Shown one piece after another: positions 33,005 through 43,142 of a stretch of DNA of 64,000 bases. The position numbers were made by a program, and so were the translations under genes. How positions within the stretch are numbered: the stretch's first letter is position 1; each line of letters opens with the position of its first letter. The notes under the pieces are model-generated. The model was not told the origin of the DNA. It worked only from the letters and a program-made list of their open reading frames with translations, and did no database searches. The stretch comes from an uncultured Gemmatimonadaceae bacterium (GTDB lineage Bacteria > Gemmatimonadota > Gemmatimonadetes > Gemmatimonadales > Gemmatimonadaceae). The stretch covers positions 160,001 through 224,000 of the forward strand of contig CAWHHI010000003.1 in NCBI GenBank assembly GCA_963829055.1, in the 5' to 3' direction.

Positions 33005-33432
33005 AGGCTCCTCATTCGAAAAGGCGTGCGTACAACGACGTCGGTCACCGGGGTGCACGGACGCCGGCGACCAACTCAGCTCGTTCCAGAGACGGGCTGC
33101 GGACTAGCAACGGACTCGAAGCGGACCAGGATCCGACCGCGCTCGCCTAACGACTTTACCCACGCCATGTCAGGACAATGACGTGGCGGCGGGCACGCGG
33201 TGTACAGTCGAGTCACTTCGCCATGCTACCGATCACAGGTGGCGTGTCAAGGCGGCCGGGACGACCTGTGTGTGGCGAGACGTGAAATCCCGCCTCCAGC
33301 CGTGTCTGGTTTCGGCTCGGGCGACCTAACGACAGGAGCAACCGTCGAGTTCGCATACTGCCCATTTCTGCCTCGCAACGACATTGGCCGTTGCTCATGC
33401 GCCTCGCGGCCACGCCGATGGTGCGCGGGCGG

Positions 33433-34533
33433 CTACTCGCGAGGCCGCGCGAATACGCTGTCCCACGCCGCCAGCGCGGGCTTCGGGCGGAGTTGCGTGT
33501 CCACCATTCCGAGCGCCGCGAAGAGTGGCAGGATCGAGCCCGGTGTCTGCGGGTACGCACCGACGTCGAGATCGGTGAACGTCAACTGAAAGACCGCGGT
33601 AGCGTCCGCGGCGTCGAGCAACTCCGCCTGGCGGTGGACGTAGCGCGCCTGAACTTCCAGCGACGATTGTAAGCCCGGGACACTGGCCGACGTCCACCCG
33701 CCCTCCACGACCATGAGCGGGAGGGCCCGTGTGCCACGAACGCGACTATAGTACTCGTTAGGAATGGCCTCCGGCGTCGCGAACCCGGCGAGGTACGGGT
33801 ACGACGACAGCCCGAGCGCGCCGAGGAAGGGAAAGTCCCGGAGATCCTGATCGATTCCCACGTACGCTCCCGAGCCCGCGAGCCGACCCCAGGCCGTCTC
33901 CACCTGCACGCTCACATAGAGCGGCGTCGAGACACCGCGCGCGCGAAGATCGGCCGCGGCATCGTTCGTCATGCGGACAACGGCATCGTAGACAGCACGA
34001 GGCGCCACCGCGCGGATCAGGTTCGTCTCCGCCGCCAGACCTATGTGCGACGGCCTAACGACGTCCACGATCGCGACGACGTAATCCCGATACAGTCGCT
34101 GGATGGCCGGTTCGGTGATGCTGCGGCCGGCCGCAACGAGCGCCGGAGCCTCCTTGTCGCGCGCCAAACCGTTCGTGACGTCGAGCATGAGCACGATCGG
34201 CAGCTTGTGCGCACGATAGTAGTTCGAGAGCTCGAGCGCGTCCGCACTCGCCGCGGCCGCCGCCGATTTCCCGTTGAGCATTGCGGCCCACTGCACGTCC
34301 AGGTGCATGATCGCGGCGTCCGCGCGCGTGCTCCACATGTCGAGGCTCGCGACTGCGGTCGGCACGTTCTGCGACGGCGGAATGGCCGAGAACCCCATGC
34401 GGAAGCTGCGCGTCTGGGCGGACGCGTCTCGCAACGGTGGAGTCGAGTCGTCGCACGCCGCGAGCGCCAGGAAACCGCCAAGAATAGAAAGGCAGATCGC
34501 TGGCGCTCGCCGTGCGAGCGACCACCCTGTCAC
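33433..34533 (-). CDS. Hypothetical lipoprotein, possibly a glycoside hydrolase-like TIM barrel
   Basis: Lipobox LAAC; GLAAETN, GLSSYPY, MVVEGGW and KPALAAW pattern. Confidence 0.6.
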   Translation of the reverse strand: MTGWSLARRAPAICLSILGGFLALAACDDSTPPLRDASAQTRSFRMGFSAIPPSQNVPTAVASLDMWSTRADAAIMHLDVQWAAMLNGKSAAAAASADALELSNYYRAHKLPIVLMLDVTNGLARDKEAPALVAAGRSITEPAIQRLYRDYVVAIVDVVRPSHIGLAAETNLIRAVAPRAVYDAVVRMTNDAAADLRARGVSTPLYVSVQVETAWGRLAGSGAYVGIDQDLRDFPFLGALGLSSYPYLAGFATPEAIPNEYYSRVRGTRALPLMVVEGGWTSASVPGLQSSLEVQARYVHRQAELLDAADATAVFQLTFTDLDVGAYPQTPGSILPLFAALGMVDTQLRPKPALAAWDSVFARPRE

Positions 34534-34551
34534 GTAGCTGTCACCTGGCTG

Positions 34552-34716
34552 TCACCTGGCGACGCGGGTCACGCCCTGCGCGATCATGAGGACGAGCGCG
34601 ATCGGGAACAGCAGGTGGTAGAGGCCGTTGTGGAAGCCCAGGAAGATCCACCCGATGAACCAGCAAACAAAGATGATCGCGCCGACGAATCCAAGAATGC
34701 CGATACGTGCGAGCAT
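34552..34716 (-). CDS. Small two-TM membrane protein (54 aa)
   Basis: MLARIGILGFVGAIIFVCWFIGWIFLGFHNGLYHLLFPIALVLMIAQGVTRVAR; strong RBS gaggagg. Confidence 0.7.
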   Translation of the reverse strand: MLARIGILGFVGAIIFVCWFIGWIFLGFHNGLYHLLFPIALVLMIAQGVTRVAR

Positions 34717-34910
34717 GGAGCACCTCCTCGCGTTACGCGGCCGCTGCCGCTGGCAAGCACAACCCAAGCACTGACGCGGCGTCGCGCGTTACTACGGTGA
34801 GATGCGCACGCGGCGATCGCAAGGCTCGCCTTGCTTGCTCGGTCCGAACCCGCGTTGTATTTCGAGCAAAACACCACTGTAGGCAGGACCGTACCCGGAG
34901 GATTCACGTG

Positions 34911-36086
34911 ATGAGACGAGGTTCGAGATCATTGTTCGCGCTGGTGCGTCCGGCATTGCTCTCGGGTCTGCTCGCCGTTCTGGCTTCGAACACGCCCGTG
35001 CAGGCGCAGCAGACGCCGCCGGCACGACGTCCCGCAGCGGGGAGCGACACCGCCTCGCGGCCGCGCCGGCAGGTGAAGATCAATCAGGCTCGGGCGGAGT
35101 CGCTGTACGTGAGCACGGATCCAGCGGATCATCCGCCGCGCAACTTCGAGCGTGACATCGCCGCGAAGGCGCGCACGGACAGCATCTATGCGGCGCGGAG
35201 CCGCGGGGTGATGCAGTTCAGCAAGGTCAAGTACCGCAGTCGCGCCGGGGACATGGATGTTCCGGCATACCTGTTCACGCCGCTCAACCAGCGTGGCGCG
35301 CGCGGGCATGCGGCGATGGTGTGGGTACACGGCGGCGTGCATGGCGACTGGAACGAGAACATGCTGCCGTTCGTGGTCGAGGCGGTGCAGCGTGGCTACG
35401 TCATCATCACGCCGGACTATCGCGGGAGCAACGGCTACGGCGCTGCGCACTACAACGCGATCGACTATGGCGGGAAGGAGCTCGACGATGTGATGGCGGC
35501 GTACGATTACCTCAAGACGCTGCCGTACGTCGACGCGGACCGCGTCGGGATCATGGGATGGAGTCACGGCGGGTTCATCACGTCGCATCTCGTGATGCGT
35601 GAGGAGACGCCGTTCAAGGGCGGCGCGGCGATCGTCCCGGTCACGAATCTCGTCTTCCGTCTGAGCTACAAGGGTCCGAACTACCAGCGCAGCTACGCGA
35701 CGGAGCCATCGATCGGCGGCCTGCCGTTCGAGAAACCGGACGAGTACATCAAGCGCTCACCGCTCTATCAGGTGGAGAAGCTGCATGTGCCGATTCTCGT
35801 GCACGTGGCGACGAACGATCTGGATGTGAACTACGTGGAGGACCAGCAGCTGGTGTGGAAGCTGCGCGCGCTCAAGCCGGATCTCGCGGAGACGAAGATC
35901 TACGTCGATCCGCCGACGTGGGGCTCGTCAGGCGGTCACGCGTTCAGCCGGCGCGTGGATCCGAAGACGCTCGAGCGGGTGGACTCGCCGGAGCAGATCG
36001 ATTCGTGGAATCGGACGTGGGTGTTCTTCGAGTGGCTGCTGCGGCCGTACGTCGATAAATCGAAGCCAGTCACGACGAGTAAGTAG
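34911..36086 (+). CDS. S9 family (prolyl oligopeptidase-like) serine peptidase
   Basis: VWVHGG, PDYRGSNGYG, nucleophile motif GWSHGG and GHAF; signal peptide. Confidence 0.88.
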   Translation: MRRGSRSLFALVRPALLSGLLAVLASNTPVQAQQTPPARRPAAGSDTASRPRRQVKINQARAESLYVSTDPADHPPRNFERDIAAKARTDSIYAARSRGVMQFSKVKYRSRAGDMDVPAYLFTPLNQRGARGHAAMVWVHGGVHGDWNENMLPFVVEAVQRGYVIITPDYRGSNGYGAAHYNAIDYGGKELDDVMAAYDYLKTLPYVDADRVGIMGWSHGGFITSHLVMREETPFKGGAAIVPVTNLVFRLSYKGPNYQRSYATEPSIGGLPFEKPDEYIKRSPLYQVEKLHVPILVHVATNDLDVNYVEDQQLVWKLRALKPDLAETKIYVDPPTWGSSGGHAFSRRVDPKTLERVDSPEQIDSWNRTWVFFEWLLRPYVDKSKPVTTSK

Positions 36087-36103
36087 TTCTCGTTCTCCGA
36101 TTC

Positions 36104-36437
36104 ATTGCGCCGCGGCCGGTGGGAACGACGATTGTGCGGATCTGTACTGCGAAACTGCCGGATACGGCTTTGCATTCACGCATCCTTGCGCCGCGGCCTC
36201 GGGGAACGACGATTTCGCGGATGACGCGGAAGAAGCAGGATAGATCGCGTTAGGCACAGCTCCTCGCGCAACGAGCCGGGATTTCTTGGGAACGGCCGCT
36301 CGGGACACCAATGCGTCCCGAGCGGCCGTTCCCATTCATTCAGGGTCCGGCGATGAGCCAGTCTCAATGCAAAGCCGTATCCGGCCGTTTTCCGTGTCAT
36401 CCGCCCAATCGTCGTTCCCACCGACCGCCGAGCGCGA
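36104..36437. repeat. Family A element, copy 2
   Basis: Same arms and central hairpin gggaacggccgctcgggac...gtcccgagcggccgttccc. Confidence 0.9.
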
Positions 36438-36454
36438 TGGATGCTTGTGCCGGA

Positions 36455-36961
36455 TCAGGGCCCACCGACCGGCGCCGGGCGCGGAGGACTCTGCCACATC
36501 ACGCTACTGATCATCCACTTCCCATCGTACTTGCCTAACAACAGATAATCGGTCCCCCAGAAAGCGGTCACCTTCACCGCCGCCGTCTGGTTCTGAACGT
36601 CGTACACCTCGACGCGCTTGGGAGCGGTCGCGGGCGCGGGACGATTGTTCTGCTTCACCTTGCGCGCGTAGTCCAGAAATTCCGGCCACGTCATCTGCTC
36701 GCCGGCGTACTTCGTGGAATCGCGCGGCAACCAGAACCCGTACTTGAAGACATTCGGCCTAACGCTGCGTACGAGCTTCGCCGAGTCGCCCTCGTAGAAG
36801 CCCTCCAGGTAGTCCAGGGCCGCTCGACGCACCTCGTCGCGGTCGGCCGCCGTGGCCGTGACCGGTGTGCTGCCGGGTTTACTCTGACCCCGGAGTGGCT
36901 GCGTGCCTGCGCCCGCGAAGAGCACCGTCAGCGCGAGGGCGCGCGCGTGTTGTCGTAGCAT
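36455..36961 (-). CDS. NTF2-like (putative lumazine-binding family) exported protein
   Basis: ALDYLEGFYEGD, TAAVKVTAFWGTDYLLLGKYDGKWMISSVMW; signal peptide. Confidence 0.8.
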   Translation of the reverse strand: MLRQHARALALTVLFAGAGTQPLRGQSKPGSTPVTATAADRDEVRRAALDYLEGFYEGDSAKLVRSVRPNVFKYGFWLPRDSTKYAGEQMTWPEFLDYARKVKQNNRPAPATAPKRVEVYDVQNQTAAVKVTAFWGTDYLLLGKYDGKWMISSVMWQSPPRPAPVGGP

Positions 36962-37178
36962 GTTCGTATCTCCCATCTCCCCAAAGTGAGCTCGCCGAGG
37001 CGCGGGCGAGCACCGCTCGCGCGCCCCGGACATTGGCATCGGACGATACGGCCCGGTGTCGGACCTCACCTACGCCGCTTCGGTCGGTGGCCCCGGCGGT
37101 GCGACAAGCGGGCACCGATAGGGGACGAGCGGGCAGGCGACGCTGCGAGGCGCGGGCTCAGCGCTCCTCACCGTCGTC

Positions 37179-37508
37179 GTCGCGCCGGAGCCGGTGGGAA
37201 CTGCGATTGGGCGGATCTGTACGTGCGAAACTGCCGGATACGGCTCTGCATTCCCGGCATCGTTGCGCCGCGGCCGGTGGAACGACGATTTCGCGGATGA
37301 CGCGAAAGAAGCAGGATCGATCGCGTTAGGCACGGTTCCTCGCGCAACGATCCGGGATTCTTGGGAACGGCCGCTCGGGACGCAGGCGTCCCGAGCGGCC
37401 GTTCCTCTTTCATTCAGGCCGCGGCGAGGCCAGCGTCAATGCAAAGCCGTATCCGGCCGTTTTCCGTGTCATCCGCAAAATCGTCGTTCCCACCGGCCCC
37501 GGCGCGAC
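37179..37508. repeat. Family A element, copy 3
   Basis: Same architecture as copy 1. Confidence 0.9.
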
Positions 37509-37525
37509 GGACTCTGCGCAATCCG

Positions 37526-38432
37526 TCAGATCGTTTCCCGGAAATGAGTCCTCAGGCGATCTCGATACCGGCGACTCAGACGCAGCCTCGTTCCATCACG
37601 TAGCACCACCGCGTATTCGCGACTCGAGTACGGCCGCAGTTCGCGGATGCGCGACGCGTTCACGATCGTCGAGCGGTGAATGCGGACGAACGCGGACGGG
37701 TCGAGGCGCTGCTCCATCGCCGCCATCGTATCGCGCACGAGATGACTCTTTCCGCTCGTGTGAATGCGCACGTAGTCGCCGTCGGCTCCGATCCAGTCGA
37801 TGTCGCCGACGTCGATGAACACGACACGGTCGCGGTCGCGGACGACGATCCGGCTCGCCGGGGCGCTACTCGGCGCATCGGCCGCATCGTGTTGCGCGGG
37901 TACCGCCTGTGCGGCATCGAGCGCGGGTCGCAGGTCGTGCATGAGCGCCGCAAGTCGGCGCGCGACCTCGCTCTCCTCCCGCTCCACCACGCGCCGACGT
38001 GCGCGATCGACCGTTGTCGCGAAGCGATCGTCGTCGATCGGTTTGAGCAGGTAGTCGAACGCGTGCGCCTCGAACGCGCGGAGTGCGTGCGTGTCGAACG
38101 CGGTCACGAAAATGACGACGGGCATCTCGGTCGGCGCCGATCTCCTCGACGACGCCGAAGCCATCGATGCCGGGCATCTGCACGTCGAGAAACACGACGT
38201 TAGGCGCGAACTCGCGAATGGCGGCGATCGCCTCACGCCCGCTCGCGCATTCAGCGACGACCGTGTAGCCGCCCGCGCGCTCGAGCCGCGCGCGTATGCC
38301 GCGGCGCGCGAGCGGCTCATCATCGACGACGACGGCGCGAATCACGGCCGGCGCGGACGTGCGCGGCGTACGGACGGTCGATCCATCCTGAACTGGTATC
38401 GGTCTTCGGTGCTGCTGTCCATGGTGTTCCAC
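37526..38432 (-). CDS. LytTR family response regulator, frameshift near 38130, start approximate
   Basis: VVDDEPLAR, FLDVQMPGIDGF, IFVTAFD, DYLLKP and FVRIHRSTIVN. Confidence 0.9.
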
Positions 38433-38450
38433 GACGAGCCCTCGTTGGCT

Positions 38451-39078
38451 TCAGGGTTCCGTGCGCTCAGTACCATCGGGCCGTTGGGGGACATCACGTG
38501 GGGCCGGTGGTCGGCCAATCGGTCCGCGGTCGAGCCGTTGTTGTTCGTCGCCCGGCCCGCCTTCTTCTCGGTTTCCCGGGGTTCCTGGACCGGCGCCGAG
38601 GCGTCGGCCCATCGGTGGGCCTCCTCGGCCTAACGCGGGGCGGTCCGCGATCATCGTCCAGGCAGTCGCCTGCTGGTCGGGCGTGAGCACCGCGATCGCG
38701 TCACGCACGTCGGCATGCATCTGATCGCGCATCTGCTGCATCTCCTTCGTGTCGGCAGGCGGAGGCCCACCGAAACCGCGTCCTCGGCCACGCGGACCTG
38801 CCGAATCCCCGGGTGCTGGCCTGGCGGCGGCTCGGGCGGAGTCCATTCGCGCCATCACGGCCTTGCGGCGTGCCTCGGTGCGCCGAGAGATCGCGGCGAG
38901 CCGGACGACTTGCGCGTCGGTGAGCGCCAGCTCGCCGGTGCGGGCGAGCAGGAAGTCCGCCGTCGCGCCAATGGCGTTGCCGCCGCCTCCGCCGGGAGCG
39001 CGCGGCGGCTGTGCGGCGACGGAAGTAGCGGCTGCGGCAAACAGCATGACGCTGACCGCGCGAGCAAGGGTGCGCATG
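38451..39078 (-). CDS. Spy/CpxP-like (LTxxQ) periplasmic helical protein
   Basis: Signal peptide MRTLARAVSVMLFAAAATSVAA; ELALTDAQ and VLTPDQQ motifs. Confidence 0.65.
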
Positions 39079-39084
39079 GAGGTG

Positions 39085-39600
39085 TTAGCGTGGGTTGGGA
39101 GGGAACGGCGATCGGTCCGACGATCGGCCTGGCTCATGGGAACGGAATCGCTGCTGCTGCTCGGCCAACAGCGCGCGGTAGCGCTCGCGCTGGGCGGGCG
39201 TGAGAAGGCTGTCGAGTTTACGGCGGGTGTCGTCCATCACGGCCTGCATGCGCGGCCATGACTCTTCGCGGATGGCGTTCGCGGCCGCGAACTCGTGTCG
39301 GAGAATCGAGTCGGCGACGGCGCGCTGTTCCGGAGAGAGCGCGAGGTCGCGGGCGAACGCATCGAGCGCCCGCTCGGGACCCGGCCCACCAGCGTTAGGC
39401 GACGATGGACGGCGGCCTCCCGGGATGCCGGGCGGCACCATGAACGCCATGCCGAGCCGGCCGCGGTCGGCTCCGAACGCAGGCCGCGGTGGGCGTCGGT
39501 GCAGCACGCGGTGATCGAGCGCGATCCCGAACGCGACGCCGACCGCGAACATCGCGGCCATCGCGACGGCGGCGATCAGGCTGGACTGGCGGTCGGTCAT
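39085..39600 (-). CDS. Membrane-anchored LTxxQ-type periplasmic protein
   Basis: N-terminal TM helix; DLALSPEQR and LLTPAQRERY. Confidence 0.65.
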   Translation of the reverse strand: MTDRQSSLIAAVAMAAMFAVGVAFGIALDHRVLHRRPPRPAFGADRGRLGMAFMVPPGIPGGRRPSSPNAGGPGPERALDAFARDLALSPEQRAVADSILRHEFAAANAIREESWPRMQAVMDDTRRKLDSLLTPAQRERYRALLAEQQQRFRSHEPGRSSDRSPFPPNPR

Positions 39601-40127
39601 CGCGAGCTCCGCGAGCTACCGCTGGTGCCTAACGGGATCAACAGATCCGCCGCGCTCGGCATGAGGGCCAGGTCGATGGTCCAGCCGGCGGTGCGTCCGA
39701 CGACGGCGGACTCGAATGCGGCGCGCGTGCCGTCGGCCTGGTCGACGTTGGTCGTCGCCACGATGCTGGTGGCCGTGTCCGACGTCTCGGTCGTTTCCTT
39801 GGGCGACGTGCGAACGACGAGCATGAGGGCAACGCCGGCGGCGACGGAGGCGCTCACGGTGAGCCGCGACCAACGCGCGGCGTGCTCCCACCAACGCGTG
39901 GCGGCGCGCAGCGGGAGTTGGCGCGCTGCGGGTTGCTTCTCGACCCGGACGGCGCGGCGCGGATGCCGGAGGCGAGCCAGCGGCAACTCGGCGCGGGCGG
40001 CGAGGCGGATGTGGAATGTCTCCCAGTCGACGTTCTCGTCGGGCACGTGTCCGCCGGCTGTGCCGAGCGCCTCGCGGTAGCGCTCCATGGCGGCCTCATC
40101 AGAGTGCGACATCGGACCGTCTGTCAT
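39597..40127 (-). CDS. Putative anti-sigma factor
   Basis: Overlaps the ECF sigma stop codon; single TM helix. Confidence 0.6.
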   Translation of the reverse strand: MTDGPMSHSDEAAMERYREALGTAGGHVPDENVDWETFHIRLAARAELPLARLRHPRRAVRVEKQPAARQLPLRAATRWWEHAARWSRLTVSASVAAGVALMLVVRTSPKETTETSDTATSIVATTNVDQADGTRAAFESAVVGRTAGWTIDLALMPSAADLLIPLGTSGSSRSSR

Positions 40128-40738
40128 GGCGCGCGGTCGAGGAGCGACGCGAGGGTGGCGCGGAGCGTTTTCCGAGCCTGATGCAGGTGCCAGCGAACGG
40201 TGCCGCGCGGGATATCGAGCATCTCACCGATCTCGGTGCTGGACCGGCCGTCGATGTCGGAAAGCTCGACGATGAGGCGTTGTTGCGTCGGGAGCTCCGC
40301 CAGCGCCTTCTGGAAGCGGTCGCGGATCTCCGAGCGTTCCGCCGGATCGAAGTCGACGGCGACGGCATCGTTGTTCCATAGATGTACGACGGTCACATGA
40401 CGCTCCCGCGTTGATCGGGCGCTTGCGGCGTTGAGTGCGCGGTTCACCACGATCTTGAAGAACCAGGGTGCGAACGGTCGAGTGGGATCGAAGGACGCGA
40501 TCCCGTCGAGGGCGGCAATGAAGGCGTCCTGAACGAGGTCTTCGGCGTCCTGCGTCTGCCGGAGGATCCGGTAGGCAATGGCGAACGCTCGTCGTGCGTG
40601 GCGGCGCGCAAGCTCGTCGAACGCCCCGCGGTCGCCGCGTTGCACGCGGACTACCAGACCCGGCTCATCGTCGGGCGTCCCGCGCCGAACCGGTACCGTG
40701 TTCCCGAAGCCACCCACTCGCATGTCCTCTTCCATATG
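40124..40738 (-). CDS. ECF RNA polymerase sigma-70 factor
   Basis: DAEDLVQDAF, FAPWFFKIVVN and EIGEMLDIPRGTVRWHLHQAR. Start uncertain (40738 or 40726). Confidence 0.9.
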   Translation of the reverse strand, partial: HMEEDMRVGGFGNTVPVRRGTPDDEPGLVVRVQRGDRGAFDELARRHARRAFAIAYRILRQTQDAEDLVQDAFIAALDGIASFDPTRPFAPWFFKIVVNRALNAASARSTRERHVTVVHLWNNDAVAVDFDPAERSEIRDRFQKALAELPTQQRLIVELSDIDGRSSTEIGEMLDIPRGTVRWHLHQARKTLRATLASLLDRAP

Positions 40739-40852
40739 GATATACCGCGTCGCCCCGTCGCGTGTTGGCGGGAACGTCCATATGAGCAACACCGCTAGGC
40801 AGGATTACCCCTACTGCTGCTGCGTGCAGCAGGCTGCGTCCACCGCTGGTTG

Positions 40853-40983
40853 TTGCTTGCACGTCGCTCGGGCTGCTTGCAGCGCGCTGCGACCAGCGGC
40901 TGTATGCGGCATGCAGCTCCACGCAGCACGGGGCCGCTGTTAGCAGCACTCCAGCGAGTGGCCGATGCGACGTGCAAGCAGCA
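40853..40983. repeat. Intergenic repeat family C, copy 2, with inverted arm
   Basis: 40898-40983 matches 19341-19438; tgcttgcacgtcgc near 40854 is the reverse complement of gcgacgtgcaagca near 40967. Confidence 0.7.
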
Positions 40984-41206
40984 TCGTGCTCGCGGTTTCC
41001 TCTGCCAACACTTCGCTCGCGCCCCCTGTACAGATACCCAGACCGTCCGGGAGCGTCTCCGTCCAGAGCCGGTAGGCGTGAATGGTTCCTGTTGGCCGTC
41101 GTAGCCGTCCCCGGCTCCGGCTGGCAGTCCCGGCGGTCGCCACCCGGCCTGCTCGTTAGGCCGGGGCCGCCGTTCCCGCTGTTCCATCTTTGCCGAGGAC
41201 CTACTC

Positions 41207-41810
41207 GTGACCCGTTTTCTCCCCGCCGTTCTCCTGGTGGTTGGCGCGACCGTCGCGTCGGCGCAGGGCTATCCTGGTGGCGGTGGGGGCGGATGGGCGG
41301 CATGGGCGGACACGGCGGCCGAGGAGGGCCGGGTGGCATGCGGAGCGGCAGCGCGCCGATGAACCCCACCGCGAAGGACGTCGAGAAGCAGGATCCCGTG
41401 AAGCTGCTGCTCGACAAGCACAAGAAGCTCAAGCTCGACAAGACCCAGATCGCTCGGCTCGACACGCTCGGTGGCCGGCTGCGGGAGCAGAACGCGCCGT
41501 TCTACGTCCGCGTCGACTCGCTGCACAAGACGTTCAAGGTGCCCTCGGGGGGGATGCAGAGCGTGTCCGACGAGGATCGCACCAGCATGATGGAAAACCG
41601 CCAGTCACTGCACGAGACGCTGGCCCAGGTGCGCGAGCACAACCATGCGGCCAGGATGCGGCCCTCGCGGTGCTCAACGAGTCGCAGAAGCAGAAAGCCT
41701 ACGATCTGCTGGAGAAGCAGCTCGAGGAGAGCGACAAGATGATGCGGGAGCCCGGCGGTGCAGGCGGCATGGGTGGCGGCCATCGACGGCCGCCGCCCGG
41801 TGGTGCCTAA
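41207..41810 (+). CDS. Gly-rich Spy/CpxP-like exported protein, two frameshifts
   Basis: GTG start MTRFLPAVLLVVGATVASAQG, then KLKLDKTQIARL, then VLNESQKQKAYDLL, in successive frames. Confidence 0.65.
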
Positions 41811-41825
41811 CGCGCTAAAGAGTCC

Positions 41826-41914
41826 AGCGAGGGATCTTCTCGAACGGTATCGTGGCTTGGTTGGCTACGATGCCATCACAGAACTTCCTCGTCGCTGGCG
41901 CTCCCCGGAATGAC
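41826..41914. repeat. Degenerate REP family B copy
   Basis: agcgagggatcttctcgaacgg...ggaatgac. Confidence 0.6.
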
Positions 41915-41987
41915 GCTGGGGTCGATCCGTTGGATCCGCTGCATCCGTTCGCACCCTCGTCTTAGATGCCGGCAGTCTCTGACGATG

Positions 41988-43115
41988 TCACGTTAGGCGC
42001 ACCGTACGCCGGAACGGAATCTCGATCGTCGCGCGCGTGCCGCCTGTCGGGGCGCTCGTGAGCTCGATGCGTCCGCGGTCGCCGTAGAGCTGACGGAGGC
42101 GGTCGCGCGTGTTCGCGAGGCCGATCTTCCCCGTGCCGTTCGAGCGACCATTGTCGCGAACGCCGTTGCCGTCGTCGACGATCGCCACCCGGAGCATCTC
42201 GCCGACCCGCTGCGCTTCGATCGTGATCGCGCCGCCGGATTCGCGCGGCGCGATCGCGTGGCGGACCGCGTTCTCGATGAGCGGCTGCAGGACGAACGCC
42301 GGGACGGCCGCCTCCCACGCGTCGGGAGTGACATCGATCTCCGTCCGCAGGCGATCGCCGAAGCGGACGTGCTCGATGTCGAGGTATTGCCGCACGTAGT
42401 CGATCTCGTCGGCGAGCGCGACCTCCTCGCGCACCGGCGTGGTCAGCGTCAGGCGGAGAAAATCACTCACCCGCGACAGCATCCGCGCCGCTTCGTCGTT
42501 CCGCCGTTCGGTCACGAGCGTCGACACGGCGTTGAGCGCGTTGAACAGGAAGTGCGGGTTGATCTGATAGCGCAGCGCCTCGAGCTGCGCGTGATGCGCC
42601 GCCGCCTCCGCCCGGAGCGACCGCTCGCGCTCCGCCTGCAGCGCGACGTAGTACCGGATGCCGATGTAGAGCACGCTCCACGCAAGCATCGTGAACGCGT
42701 TGTACACGGCGCCGTTGAACATCTGAAAGGCGTTCCGGTACACGGGCGTTCGAAGCGCAAAGGCCGCGTTGATCGGAACGGCGAGCAGGTTGTCAGCCGC
42801 GGTCCAGATCATCGACGCCACGTACGACGCGATGACAGCGACGACGAGGAGCGTGATGAGCGGAGTGCCCCGCCTGATCAGTGGCCGGTAGAGGTACCGG
42901 AGTCCGAGGCTGATCGCGAAGCCGGTGACCATGAGCGTGCCCTTGGACACCACCATGAAGCGCAACGGGAATATCCCGATGCGCGAGAACGTCATGGCGA
43001 TGCCGTACGCGAGCCATCCACTGGCGTGCAACAGCCAGAACGATGGCAGCGGTTGCCCTTCACGCGGCGCCGACACGAGGGGAGCGGCCCTATGGCCCGA
43101 ATCGCCTGCCATCAA
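41988..43115 (-). CDS. LytS/YehU-type sensor histidine kinase
   Basis: Four TM segments, LRYQINPHFLFNALN, LQPLIENAVRH and IGLANTRDRL. Confidence 0.92.
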   Translation of the reverse strand: MMAGDSGHRAAPLVSAPREGQPLPSFWLLHASGWLAYGIAMTFSRIGIFPLRFMVVSKGTLMVTGFAISLGLRYLYRPLIRRGTPLITLLVVAVIASYVASMIWTAADNLLAVPINAAFALRTPVYRNAFQMFNGAVYNAFTMLAWSVLYIGIRYYVALQAERERSLRAEAAAHHAQLEALRYQINPHFLFNALNAVSTLVTERRNDEAARMLSRVSDFLRLTLTTPVREEVALADEIDYVRQYLDIEHVRFGDRLRTEIDVTPDAWEAAVPAFVLQPLIENAVRHAIAPRESGGAITIEAQRVGEMLRVAIVDDGNGVRDNGRSNGTGKIGLANTRDRLRQLYGDRGRIELTSAPTGGTRATIEIPFRRTVRLT

Positions 43116-43142
43116 CAGCTCTGCGCGAATCCACTAGACGCG

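Noticed and set aside
33005..33430. Riboswitch upstream of the SusC genes (also 11570-12120)
   Set aside because: Long leaders, but I could not recognise cobalamin, TPP or other riboswitch consensus elements; an Infernal/Rfam scan would decide.
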